Part shown: positions 8,063 to 17,184 of the stretch, piece after piece | Layout of the letters: each line of letters opens with the position of its first letter | How positions within the stretch are numbered: position 1 is the stretch's first letter | From: an uncultured Alphaproteobacteria bacterium | GTDB lineage: Bacteria; Pseudomonadota; Alphaproteobacteria; JAJFIK01 | Length of the DNA: 47,676 nucleotides | Direction of reading: 5' to 3' | NCBI GenBank assembly: GCA_964449455.1 | Contig: CAYUYV010000015.1 | Coordinates: forward strand, 3,344 to 51,019 | Position numbers and translations under genes: made by a program | Notes under the pieces: generated by a model | What the model was told of the DNA's origin: nothing | What the model saw: the letters and a program-made list of their open reading frames with translations, nothing else | Databases searched by the model: none

Positions 8063-10219
8063 ATGGGTCGTGTTTTGTCGGGTGTGTTGGTCGTGGTGCT
8101 CGCCCTTTTGGCTGCGGCTGGGCTCTATCTGTGGTCGCCCCTCCCGGCCCATCCCGATCCAGCGCCCTATCGCGAGGCCGCCAAGGCCTATGACGTGGAA
8201 ATCATCCGGGATGAATGGGGTATTCCCCATGTGTTCGGCAAGCGGGATCGGGACACGGTGTTCGGTCTTGCCTATGCCCATGCGGAAGACGATTTCGAGA
8301 CCATTCAGGAGTCCGTGGCGGCGTCCAGAGGGGCTCTGGCCCGCTATCGGGGCGTCGATGCGGCCGCAACGGATTACCTGGTGGCGTTGCTCGATGTCCG
8401 GCAGACGGCACGCAAAGGTCTCCGCCAAGGCCTGAGCCCGGAGGCGAGGGCGGTTGCCAAGGCCTATGCCGATGGCCTCAATCTTTATGCAGCGGACCAT
8501 CTGGACGAGACCTGGCGCGGTCTTTTGCCCTTCACCGATGAGGATCTGATCGCCGGCTTCGTGCTGCGCACGCCGCTTTTCTATGGCCTTGATGGGGTTC
8601 TCGTCTCGCTGTTCACAGGGCAAGGCCCGAGAGAGCTGGCCCTGGCCCCGGGCGAGACCGGTTCCAGTCTGACGGTGCAGCCGCCGGATATGGCGGGCGA
8701 AGGCTCGAACGCCTTTGCCCTGTCTTCAAGCCGCTCCACCGACGCAAAGACCCATCTCATCGTGAATTCCCACCAGCCGCTCAAAGGTCCCGTGGCCTGG
8801 TATGAGACCCACCTCGTCAGCGAGGAGGGGCTCGACATTTATGGCGGGGTCTTTCCGGGTACCCCCATGATCCTCCATGGCTTTAACCGGCATCTGGGCT
8901 GGGCGGCCACGGTGAACCGGCCTGATCTTGTGGATGTCTATGCCCTGGTGACCGATCCGGAGCGGGACAATCAGTACAAGCTCGATGGAGCCTGGCTTGA
9001 CTATGAGGTGAGGGATGCGGCCATCGAGATCCGCCTGTTCGGGCCTTTTGCCTTCACCACGAAACGCCCCGTCAAGCGCAGCCGGCACGGCCCGGTCATT
9101 GAAACCGACAACGGTGCGTTCGCCGTGCGCTATGCGGGAATTGGCGAAGGGCGCCAGCTCGATCAATATATGGCCATCAACAAGGCAACGAGCCGGGATG
9201 ACTGGCTAGCGGCCATGGGCCGCCAGACTCTGCCGAGCATCAATTATATCTATGCCGACAAGACCGGCGGAGTTGGCTATTTGCACAATGGTCAGTTTCC
9301 GGATCGGCTTGAGGGATGGGACTGGACCAAGGACCTCCCGGGCGACCGGTCCGAACTCATCTGGGAGGGCTACCTGCCCTTTGACCGGGTACCCAAGCTC
9401 TTCGATCCGGTCTCCGGCTTTGTCTATAACGCCAACAACACGCCGTTTTCGGCGACGGATGGCCCGGACAATCTGAGACCGGAGGATTTTTCACCGACCA
9501 TGGGCCTGCGCCAGCTCCAGACCAATCGCAGCTTGAGGATCCAGGAACTGGTCACCGCAGAGACGGTGCTCGACGGCGCCGCCCTGAGTGCCGTCAAATA
9601 TGACAAGGGCTATGCGAAAGCCTCCACTGCGGCACGGACGGTCGCGGCCATCCTCGCTGAGGACTGGTCGGCCGATCCAGACCTTGCAGCAGCGGCCGAG
9701 CATCTGGCCGGTTGGGATCTCCAGACCCCCATGGACAGCACTCACGCGGCCCTTGGCGTGCTCTCAACCATTTATGCGGTCACCGAACCGCTTACGGGGC
9801 GGCCTGCCCCAGAACCGGGCGATGCCTTCCGGGATGCCGTGGCGCTGTTGAAAAACACCCATGGCCGGATTGATCCGTCTTGGGGCGAGGTCAATCGCAT
9901 CGTGCGCGGATCGGTTGATCTGCCCCTTTCCGGTGGGCCGGACATCCTGAGGGCGGCCTATCCGGCCCGGGTCCGGGAGGAAGGCGAGCTCCATATCGCG
10001 GCAGGCGATACGCTGGTCATCTTTGTTGAATGGGACGCGGATGGCGCGGTTTCGGCCGCGGCCATCCACCCTTATGGTAGCGCGACCCTGGATGCCGACT
10101 CGCCCCATTTTGCCGACCAGACACCCCTGTTCGCGGCCGAGGAGACCCGGCCCGTGAAGCTCGACCTTGCCGACATATTGGACGGCCATACGGCCCGCTA
10201 CCGTCCCGGGGCGCGCTGA
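8063..10219 (+). CDS. Penicillin acylase family (S45 Ntn-hydrolase), possibly an acyl-homoserine-lactone/aculeacin-type acylase
   Basis: 718 aa. N-terminal hydrophobic signal/anchor. GSNAFAL, the typical beta-chain N-terminal Ser nucleophile context, about 220 aa in. AGGAGGG SD upstream of ATG 8063. Confidence 0.85.
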   Translation: MGRVLSGVLVVVLALLAAAGLYLWSPLPAHPDPAPYREAAKAYDVEIIRDEWGIPHVFGKRDRDTVFGLAYAHAEDDFETIQESVAASRGALARYRGVDAAATDYLVALLDVRQTARKGLRQGLSPEARAVAKAYADGLNLYAADHLDETWRGLLPFTDEDLIAGFVLRTPLFYGLDGVLVSLFTGQGPRELALAPGETGSSLTVQPPDMAGEGSNAFALSSSRSTDAKTHLIVNSHQPLKGPVAWYETHLVSEEGLDIYGGVFPGTPMILHGFNRHLGWAATVNRPDLVDVYALVTDPERDNQYKLDGAWLDYEVRDAAIEIRLFGPFAFTTKRPVKRSRHGPVIETDNGAFAVRYAGIGEGRQLDQYMAINKATSRDDWLAAMGRQTLPSINYIYADKTGGVGYLHNGQFPDRLEGWDWTKDLPGDRSELIWEGYLPFDRVPKLFDPVSGFVYNANNTPFSATDGPDNLRPEDFSPTMGLRQLQTNRSLRIQELVTAETVLDGAALSAVKYDKGYAKASTAARTVAAILAEDWSADPDLAAAAEHLAGWDLQTPMDSTHAALGVLSTIYAVTEPLTGRPAPEPGDAFRDAVALLKNTHGRIDPSWGEVNRIVRGSVDLPLSGGPDILRAAYPARVREEGELHIAAGDTLVIFVEWDADGAVSAAAIHPYGSATLDADSPHFADQTPLFAAEETRPVKLDLADILDGHTARYRPGAR

Positions 10220-10241
10220 AAAGGGGGGCGCGCTGAAAAAG
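10208..10241. repeat. 2 x 17-bp tandem duplication spanning the acylase stop codon
   Basis: GGGGCGCGCTGAAAAGG (10208-10224) is followed by GGGGCGCGCTGAAAAAG (10225-10241) and then a G run. The first copy contains the TGA at 10217-10219. Confidence 0.9.
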
Positions 10242-10364
10242 GGGGGGCGAGCCGGGCCTCCCCTTGCTTGATTTGCCGCGGTATTCCTGCAAAGACACGG
10301 TTTGAGCATGAGGAGGCACCCCGCCTGGGGCGCCTGCGTTCCACCCATGAGCAGCGGGGACACG

Positions 10365-11303
10365 ATGCCAAAGGTTTCAATCGGACTGCCCGTCTACAAC
10401 GGGTCGAATTATGTGGGATCGGCCCTTGAGGCGATCCTTGCCCAGACGTTCACGGATTTTGAAGTCGTGATCTGCGATAATGCGTCTACGGATAACACGC
10501 AGGAGATCTGCGAAGAATTCGCCGCTCGCGATCCCCGTATCCGCTACATCCGGAACCCGGAAAATCTGGGTGCGTCGCCGAATTTCAACAAAACGTTTCA
10601 TGAATCCACCGGCGAGTTTTTCGCCTGGCACGCCCATGACGATTATTATGAGCCGACCTGGCTGGAGCGCTGTGTTGGGGCCCTCGACGCTGATCCGGGC
10701 GTCGTGCTCGCCTATACGCGCCTGAAGATGCTCGACATGGAAGGCAACCCGCTCATCTATGACGCAACCAAGAATGAATATGAGGACCGGGAAGGCAACC
10801 GCTTCATGGGCGAGGATGGCGCGCGGATTGCCGAGCAGAAGCGGGCTGACCTGCGCTTCAAGAATGTGCTGCTCGATGTCTGCTGGTGCCTTCAGGTATT
10901 CGGACTGTTCCGGCGGACTTTCCTGGAAAAATCGGCACTCCAGCGCAGCTATTATGGCGCGGACAAGGTTCTGCTCGCGGAATCGGCGATTGTGGGCAAA
11001 TGGAAGCAGATCCAGGAGGATCTCTTCAACAAGCGCGTGCACCCGAAAATGAGCTTTTTCCAAAGCCGTGTGCAGAAGAATAAATGGATTGACAGCAAGT
11101 CCCCTGTGAAATCCATCGCCCAGGTCGAAATGGTCAAAAACTACATTGCGGCTATTCGCGCGTCCTCCATGTCGCCTTATCAAAAGGTACATTCGGTGCT
11201 GACGGTGGCGAGCATGCCGTTCAAGCGTAAGAACTTCTGGCAGAAGATCTTCATTCCCGGACCCCAGAACTATCTGGGCATTGATTTCAGCCGGGCCCGT
11301 TGA
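10365..11303 (+). CDS. Family 2 glycosyltransferase
   Basis: SIGLPVYNGSNYV...VICDNASTDNT N-terminal GT-A signature and an HDD acidic motif. Start trimmed to ATG 10365 (MPKVSIG...). Confidence 0.85.
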   Translation: MPKVSIGLPVYNGSNYVGSALEAILAQTFTDFEVVICDNASTDNTQEICEEFAARDPRIRYIRNPENLGASPNFNKTFHESTGEFFAWHAHDDYYEPTWLERCVGALDADPGVVLAYTRLKMLDMEGNPLIYDATKNEYEDREGNRFMGEDGARIAEQKRADLRFKNVLLDVCWCLQVFGLFRRTFLEKSALQRSYYGADKVLLAESAIVGKWKQIQEDLFNKRVHPKMSFFQSRVQKNKWIDSKSPVKSIAQVEMVKNYIAAIRASSMSPYQKVHSVLTVASMPFKRKNFWQKIFIPGPQNYLGIDFSRAR

Positions 11304-11355
11304 CGGCGATGCCTCTGCGCCCGCCGGATGGCGGGCCGCAAGAGGGAGCCTCACC

Positions 11356-11727
11356 ATGAACCACATCCAGGACATCATCGCGCTCGCAAAGCAGGGCACG
11401 GATTTCCGCCGGGAGCTCATGACCAACCGGTTCAGCCAGGTCGTGATCATGAGCGTCGAGCCCGGTGAAGACATCGGCATGGAAGTCCACGATCTCGACC
11501 AGATCCTCGTATTCGTGGAAGGCACAGGCCAAGCGGTGATCGAGGGCGAGAAGGCCCCCGTGAGCGAAGGCAGCCTTTTTGTCGTGCCTGCGGGCGCAGA
11601 GCACAATTTCATCAATACGGGAACGGTTCCGCTCAAGCTTTTCACGGTCTATGCGCCGGCGGAGCATCCTAAAGGCACTGTCCACCGCACCAAAGCGGAA
11701 GCCGACGCAGCCGAACACCATCACTGA
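11356..11727 (+). CDS. Cupin domain protein
   Basis: 123 aa. G-x5-H-x-H-like ...GMEVHDLDQILVFVEG... and VPAGAEHNFINTG cupin motifs. AGAGGGAG SD 7 nt upstream of ATG 11356. Confidence 0.75.
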   Translation: MNHIQDIIALAKQGTDFRRELMTNRFSQVVIMSVEPGEDIGMEVHDLDQILVFVEGTGQAVIEGEKAPVSEGSLFVVPAGAEHNFINTGTVPLKLFTVYAPAEHPKGTVHRTKAEADAAEHHH

Positions 11728-11758
11728 TGTGGCGCGTCCACACAGACCATTTTCCTCA

Positions 11759-11790
11759 CTGTGCCGCTGTGCCGCTGTGCCGCTGTGCCG
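11759..11790. repeat. 4 x 8-bp perfect tandem repeat CTGTGCCG
   Basis: Read directly: ctgtgccg repeated four times, in the convergent gap between the cupin gene and tyrS. Confidence 0.95.
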
Positions 11791-11900
11791 CGCGTGGTGA
11801 CGATGCTGTCTTGAGCCACCTGTTCTGAGCGCGGGCCCGCGGCTTGCTGCGTTGCGCGCTCAGATGCCGGTGGAGGGGCAAGGCCCATCCACCGGCCCGT

Positions 11901-11934
11901 GATCACAACAGGGGTTTGATCACAACAGGGGTTT
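11901..11934. repeat. 2 x 17-bp perfect tandem duplication spanning the tyrS stop codon
   Basis: gatcacaacaggggttt occurs at 11901-11917 and 11918-11934, followed by gatca. The gene-proximal copy encodes ...KPLL-TGA of tyrS. Confidence 0.95.
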
Positions 11935-13176
11935 GATCAGGACGTGTTTCTTCTTACCGGCGGAGAGCTTGATCACGCCATCCCCGGTCACGTCGGTAAG
12001 GCCGATCAATTTGGTGTCGTCCTCGATGGCGGCGTCATTGACCTTGGCGCCGCTGCCTTTGATCAGGCGGCGGGCCTCGCTTCCTGAACCGCTGAGGCCG
12101 GCCCGATGGAAGAGGGCATAGGCCTGGATCCCCTCACTGAGTTCTGCAGTCGGAACCTCAATGGTGGGCAGGTCGGCGGAAAGGCCGCTGCCCGCGAATG
12201 TCTCGGCCGCGGTCCGTGCCGCCTTGTCGGCCTCGTCCTGGCCGTGCAGCATGGTGGTGGCCGCAGTCGCCAGGATTTTCTTGGCCTCGTTGATTTCGGC
12301 GCCTTGCGCGGCCTCAAGCTCGGCGATATCCGAGAGCGGAATCTCCGTAAACAGACGCAAGAACCGGCCCACATCCGCATCCGCCGTATTGCGCCAGAAC
12401 TGCCAGTAGTCGTAAGGCGAAAGCATGTCCGCATCGAGCCAGACGGCCCCCGCGGCGGTCTTGCCCATTTTCTTACCATCCGACGTGGTCACAAGCGGGG
12501 TCGTGACACCGAAAAGCTGGGCCCCTTCGATCCGGCGGCCCAGTTCAATGCCATTAACGATATTGCCCCATTGGTCTGAGCCGCCGAATTGGATGCGACA
12601 GGCCTCCCGGCGGAACAGCTCCAGAAAGTCATAGGCCTGGAACAGCATATAGTTGAATTCAAGGAAGGTCAGGGGCTGTTCCCGGTCGAGACGCAGCCTC
12701 ACGCTGTCAAAGGTCAGCATGCGGTTGACTGTGAAATGGGGCCCGTAATCGCGCAGGAAGCCGATGTAATTGAGTTCCTTGAGCCAGTCGTAATTGTCCA
12801 GCATGGCCGCATCGGTGGGCCCATCACCAAAGGTCAGGAACTTGTCGAAGACCTTCCGGATGCCGGCCGTATTGGCGGCAATCGAGGCCTCATCGAGCAG
12901 GGGCCGCGATTCATCCTTGCCCGACGGATCCCCGATCCGCGTCGTTCCGCCCCCCATCAGGACGATGGGGCGGTGGCCACAGCGCTGCATCCAGCGCAGG
13001 ATCATGATCTGAACAAGGCTGCCCACATGGAGGCTGCGCCCTGTCAGATCAAAGCCGATATAGCCTGAGATGGGGCCTTCCTTTAACGCGTCGGCCATAC
13101 CCTCTTCATCGGTGAGGTCCTGGATGAAGCCGCGGGTCTTGAGGACGTGCAGCAGGTCCGAGGCTGAGGCGCTCAT
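11920..13176 (-). CDS. tyrS: Tyrosine--tRNA ligase
   Basis: 418 aa. HIGH-type motif (SLHVGSL), KMSKS-type motif KMGKT followed by AVWLD...[11 protein letters not shown], and a C-terminal S4-like domain. Confidence 0.95.
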   Translation of the reverse strand: MSASASDLLHVLKTRGFIQDLTDEEGMADALKEGPISGYIGFDLTGRSLHVGSLVQIMILRWMQRCGHRPIVLMGGGTTRIGDPSGKDESRPLLDEASIAANTAGIRKVFDKFLTFGDGPTDAAMLDNYDWLKELNYIGFLRDYGPHFTVNRMLTFDSVRLRLDREQPLTFLEFNYMLFQAYDFLELFRREACRIQFGGSDQWGNIVNGIELGRRIEGAQLFGVTTPLVTTSDGKKMGKTAAGAVWLDADMLSPYDYWQFWRNTADADVGRFLRLFTEIPLSDIAELEAAQGAEINEAKKILATAATTMLHGQDEADKAARTAAETFAGSGLSADLPTIEVPTAELSEGIQAYALFHRAGLSGSGSEARRLIKGSGAKVNDAAIEDDTKLIGLTDVTGDGVIKLSAGKKKHVLIKPLL

Positions 13177-13319
13177 GACGGGTCTCCGGAATTAGGGCAC
13201 ACTGCGAAGCTACGCGCAGGATCAAAGCGCATGGACGCGCAAAAATACACTTGTGATTGAGGCTGACCAGGGCCGGGCGGTATTCACTCCGGACACTGCC
13301 AACGGATCAGGAGACTGCC

Positions 13320-14477
13320 ATGATTAAGGTGCTCACGGGAACTGCGGATCTCGGCCGGGGCACCGGGCCCGTGCGCGCCCTGGGGCTCATGAGTGGCACC
13401 TCCATGGATGGCATCGACCTCGCGGTCATCACGACCGATGGCCTGACGGTTAATGAATTCGGCCCCGTGGATAGTGCGCCTTACCCGGCCGGGGCACGCC
13501 AGCTTGTGCGCGATGCTGTCGAGGCCGGGGCTCGCATCCCCAAAGGCAAGCGGCCCGATGAAGCCACCCTGGCCATCTGGGACGCCGCCGCGGCCGCTGT
13601 GACCCGGACCCATGAGGAGGCCATCAAGGCTTTTGCCAGTGAGCATCACCCGGTCCTTGATGATGTGAGTGTCATTGGCTTCCATGGCCAGACGGTCCTT
13701 CACAGGCCCGAGGAGGGCTGGACGGTGCAGCTTGGCGATGGTCGGGCCCTGTCCCAGGCCTTAGGCCGCACGGTGGTCGGCGACTTCCGGCGGGCGGATC
13801 TTGCTGCTGGCGGCCAGGGGGCCCCTTTCGCGCCATTGTTCCACAGGGCGCTTGCGGTCAAAGCGGGGCTGCCGGAGCCCATGGTGATCGTCAATATCGG
13901 CGGCGTCTCGAATATCACCTGGGTGGGCACGGATGGCCGGATTTGTGCCTTTGACACCGGGCCTGGGAATGCGCCCATCGACGATTGGGTGCGTCTCCAG
14001 ACCGGCGCGGATATGGACGAGGGCGGCCAGCTCGCCCGAGCCGGCCATGTGAACGAAGCGGTGCTTGCGCGGATGCTGGACCGGGCCTGGTTTGACCGTC
14101 CGCCGCCCAAATCCCTCGACCGGCTCGATTTCACCCATGACGCGGTTGCCGATCTCAATCCGGAGGATGGGGCGGCAACCTTGACCGCCTTCACGGCAGA
14201 GGCGATCCGTCGGGGGGCAGATCATCTGCCTGCGGTGCCTTTGCTGTGGGTGATTTGTGGTGGTGGGCGGAAAAACGCTGCCGTTATGGCCGCCCTTGAG
14301 GCGCGGCTCCCCGGCCGTGTGGTGGCGGCCGAGGCGATGGGCTGGCGCGGCGACGATATCGAGGCCCAGGCTTTTGCCTATCTGGCCGTGCGCGCCGTTC
14401 GCGGTTTGCCCTTGAGCCTGCCGGAGACGACCGGCGTGCCGGCCCCGTGCCCGGGCGGTGAGGTGTTCGTGCCCTGA
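13320..14477 (+). CDS. anmK: Anhydro-N-acetylmuramic acid kinase
   Basis: GLMSGTSMDGIDLAV N-terminal motif and overall AnmK length. Start trimmed to ATG 13320, which has CAGGAGAC upstream. Confidence 0.9.
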   Translation: MIKVLTGTADLGRGTGPVRALGLMSGTSMDGIDLAVITTDGLTVNEFGPVDSAPYPAGARQLVRDAVEAGARIPKGKRPDEATLAIWDAAAAAVTRTHEEAIKAFASEHHPVLDDVSVIGFHGQTVLHRPEEGWTVQLGDGRALSQALGRTVVGDFRRADLAAGGQGAPFAPLFHRALAVKAGLPEPMVIVNIGGVSNITWVGTDGRICAFDTGPGNAPIDDWVRLQTGADMDEGGQLARAGHVNEAVLARMLDRAWFDRPPPKSLDRLDFTHDAVADLNPEDGAATLTAFTAEAIRRGADHLPAVPLLWVICGGGRKNAAVMAALEARLPGRVVAAEAMGWRGDDIEAQAFAYLAVRAVRGLPLSLPETTGVPAPCPGGEVFVP

Positions 14478-14510
14478 CGAAGGGCTGGCCCGGCGCCCGG
14501 TTGAGCGGGC

Positions 14511-15179
14511 TTATTCCGGGGCTGGCGCAGCGGCAGCCATTTCCGCCAATCGGCGATCCACATAATTTTCGACATTCCCGATCAGCATCTCGAGGTTTTT
14601 CTCGAAGAAATGGTTCGCCTCCGGAACGGTCTGGTGCTCGATGGTGATGCCCTTTTGCGCCTTCAGCCGTTCGGCCAGCTTTTCCACATCGGCCGGCGGG
14701 ACGACCTGATCATCCGTGCCATTGATGATGAGACCGGAGGCGGGGCAGGGAGCAAGGAAGCTGAAATCGAACATGTTGGCCGGCGGCGCGACGGAGATGA
14801 AACCCGTGATCTCTGGCCGGCGCATGAGCAGCTGCATCGCGATCCACGCACCAAAGGAAAAGCCGGCGATCCAGCACTGGCGGGCATTCTGGTTATAGGT
14901 CTGAAGCCAGTCGAGGGCCGCTGCCGCGTCGGACAGTTCTCCGATGCCGCTGTCGAATTCGCCCTGGCTGCGCCCGACGCCCCGGAAATTGAAGCGCATC
15001 ACGGAAAAGTTTCGCCGGTGGAAGGCATAGAACAGGTCATAGACCACGCGATTGTTCATGCTGCCGCCATAGAGCGGATGGGGATGCAGGATGAGCGCAA
15101 TGGCGCCCTGCGGGGTTTCGGAGTGCTGATAACGCGCCTCGAGCCGCCCGCTGGGGCCGGCAATCATGAGTTCTGGCAT
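14511..15179 (-). CDS. Alpha/beta-fold hydrolase
   Basis: 222 aa. GFSFGA nucleophile elbow (G-x-S-x-G) and FNFRGVGRSQG. Start trimmed to ATG 15179 (MPELMIAG...). Confidence 0.8.
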   Translation of the reverse strand: MPELMIAGPSGRLEARYQHSETPQGAIALILHPHPLYGGSMNNRVVYDLFYAFHRRNFSVMRFNFRGVGRSQGEFDSGIGELSDAAAALDWLQTYNQNARQCWIAGFSFGAWIAMQLLMRRPEITGFISVAPPANMFDFSFLAPCPASGLIINGTDDQVVPPADVEKLAERLKAQKGITIEHQTVPEANHFFEKNLEMLIGNVENYVDRRLAEMAAAAPAPE

Positions 15180-15231
15180 CGTGTAATCCTGTGGGTTTTG
15201 CGCGGCTGGCTGACCCCCACGCGGAAAATGC

Positions 15232-15248
15232 CCTATTCGATTGATAGG
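15232..15248. promoter_or_regulatory. 17-bp palindrome CCTAT-N7-ATAGG, possible operator
   Basis: Read directly, in the 326-bp divergent region between the hydrolase and the Rrf2/suf operon. The CC-N13-GG spacing resembles IscR type-2 sites, but the inner bases do not match well. Confidence 0.2.
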
Positions 15249-15505
15249 ACTTTCCAATGTGGGTGTTTCTGGGTCGGCATTCCGCTAGCCTGATATAGGC
15301 GATAAAACTTGACCTCCTGGATCGGATAATTAGCTTTCCTTTCGTGAGGCACCGGATCCAGTGGTACGCGCGATGGCGTCTTACCACGAACACAACGGTG
15401 CAGGGCAAGCTGGACGCCAGGGCTGAATGCCGTCGCGAGGGTGATTGTGGTGGCAGCCGGCCCAGTCCGTTTCCAGCCGGGGTCTAAGGATAAGGATCTT
15501 GGTCG

Positions 15506-15955
15506 GTGAAACTGAGCACACGCGGTCGATACGCCGTCATGGCGATGGCAGATCTGGCACGGACCGGCAGCGACCGGCCCATTGCCCTGGCGGATATCGC
15601 TGAGCGGCAGGGGATCTCCCTGTCCTATCTGGAACAGCTTTTCGCCAAGCTGCGACGGCATGGATTGGTTGTGAGCGTGCGCGGGCCCGGTGGGGGTTAC
15701 CGTCTGGCCTATAGCGCAGAGGAAACGCGGGTGTCGGATATCATTCTGGCCGTTGATGAGCCCATTAAGGCCACGCGATGTGATCCGGCGACGGCGACAG
15801 GCTGTACAGGAACCGGTGTGCGCTGCCTCACCCATGATTTGTGGGAGGAGCTCACCCGCCAGATCCATATTTTCCTCAGCTCCGTGTCCCTGGGTGATGT
15901 GGTTAATCGCAAGGTTCTTGGGCGCAGCGGCGATACGGGCCTCGCGGCCGAATAA
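15506..15955 (+). CDS. Rrf2 family transcriptional regulator (IscR/SufR-like, Fe-S cluster ligating)
   Basis: MKLSTRGRYAVMAM... wHTH N-terminus. Three-Cys patch RCDPATATGCTGTGVRC. GTG start. First gene of the suf operon. Confidence 0.85.
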   Translation: MKLSTRGRYAVMAMADLARTGSDRPIALADIAERQGISLSYLEQLFAKLRRHGLVVSVRGPGGGYRLAYSAEETRVSDIILAVDEPIKATRCDPATATGCTGTGVRCLTHDLWEELTRQIHIFLSSVSLGDVVNRKVLGRSGDTGLAAE

Positions 15956-15976
15956 GGGTGGTGGAGTCAGGACGGC

Positions 15977-17173
15977 ATGGCCGCTGAGCACATCTATCTG
16001 GATTACAACGCCACGGCGCCGGTCCGTCCCGAGGTCGTTGCGGCCATGAGGGAGGCGCTGGAGCTCGGAGGCAATCCATCTTCTGTGCACAGCACGGGGC
16101 GTCGGGCCCGAGGGCTCGTGGAACGGTCCAGGGCACACATCGCGGGTTTTCTCGGCGCGGTGCCCGAGGCCTTGGTGTTCACGAGCGGCGGCACGGAAGC
16201 CAATGGGCTTGCGCTGACAGGGCCAGTTCGGTCCGGCCGAGCTGATGCACTGATCATTGGGGCCACGGAACATGATGCCGTTCGGGCTCCGGCGCGCCGT
16301 CTCGGCGTGCCAATGTTTGAACTCCGGGTCTCGGGTGATGGTGTTCCGGATCTGGCCCATCTCGATGACCTGCTCAAGACATGCATCGATCGGGGACTGA
16401 CGCCCCTTGTGTCCGTGATGCACGCCAATAATGAGACGGGTGTCCTGTCTCCAATCCGACAGATCGTCGATATGGTGAAAGACACGACGAAGGGTCTGGT
16501 GCATACGGATGCTGTGCAGACCATTGGTCGGGTTCATGTTGATGTTGCTGCCCTTGGGGTGGATCTGCTCAGCCTTTCAGGTCATAAGCTGGGTGGGCCT
16601 CCGGGCATTGGTGTTTTGTTCGTGGCCGAAGGATTGGCCCTAGACCCTTTGATCGAGGGCGGTGGCCAGGAGCTCGGCCGGCGCTCTGGCACGGAAAATG
16701 TGCCAGCGATTGCCGGGCTTGCCGCTGCCATTGAGGCGCTGGACCGTGACGACCATCCGTTTGCGGAGTGGCGTGATCGGTTCGAGGCCCACCTGATGGA
16801 CGCTGTTCCGGATGCGGTGGTTTTTGGCGCCGGGGCGCCGCGCCTGGACAATACCACGTGCTTTGGCGTGCCGGAGCTGATCGGTGAGACCCAGGTCATG
16901 GCCCTCGATCTGGCCGGCTTTGAGGTGAGTTCCGGGGCCGCCTGTTCCAGTGGCAAAGTGGCGCGCAGCGCCGTCCTTGCCGCCATGGGTCAGCCGGACA
17001 CCATCTCAAACAGCGCCATCCGGCTCTCCCTTGGTTGGGCGAGCCGGGAGACGGATCTGGAACGCTGTCTTGCGGCGTGGACGGATCACTACAGACGCTG
17101 GCAGTCCCGCCGCATCTCGGGCGCCGCGAACCGCGATCAAGAGGCGCATGCGCCGCTTCATGCAAATACATAA
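15977..17173 (+). CDS. Cysteine desulfurase, NifS/IscS-like (class V aminotransferase, group I)
   Basis: [15 protein letters not shown]-lysine motif and the SSGAACSSG catalytic Cys loop. Confidence 0.9.
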   Translation: MAAEHIYLDYNATAPVRPEVVAAMREALELGGNPSSVHSTGRRARGLVERSRAHIAGFLGAVPEALVFTSGGTEANGLALTGPVRSGRADALIIGATEHDAVRAPARRLGVPMFELRVSGDGVPDLAHLDDLLKTCIDRGLTPLVSVMHANNETGVLSPIRQIVDMVKDTTKGLVHTDAVQTIGRVHVDVAALGVDLLSLSGHKLGGPPGIGVLFVAEGLALDPLIEGGGQELGRRSGTENVPAIAGLAAAIEALDRDDHPFAEWRDRFEAHLMDAVPDAVVFGAGAPRLDNTTCFGVPELIGETQVMALDLAGFEVSSGAACSSGKVARSAVLAAMGQPDTISNSAIRLSLGWASRETDLERCLAAWTDHYRRWQSRRISGAANRDQEAHAPLHANT

Positions 17174-17184
17174 GGAGGATGTCC

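Noticed and set aside
13177-13319. T-box or other leader upstream of tyrS; also a TPP riboswitch upstream of tenA
   Set aside because: The tyrS upstream region is only 143 bp and is shared with anmK, with no specifier or T-box-like elements visible. tenA has no leader at all because its start overlaps the sufA stop.
15233-16537. 434-aa minus-strand ORF opposite the Rrf2 and NifS-like genes
   Set aside because: It overlaps two well-supported plus-strand genes and an intergenic region. It is an antisense high-GC artefact. The same reasoning applies to 10377-11645, 19747-20925, 22036-23076, 7682-8623 and 6317-7204.
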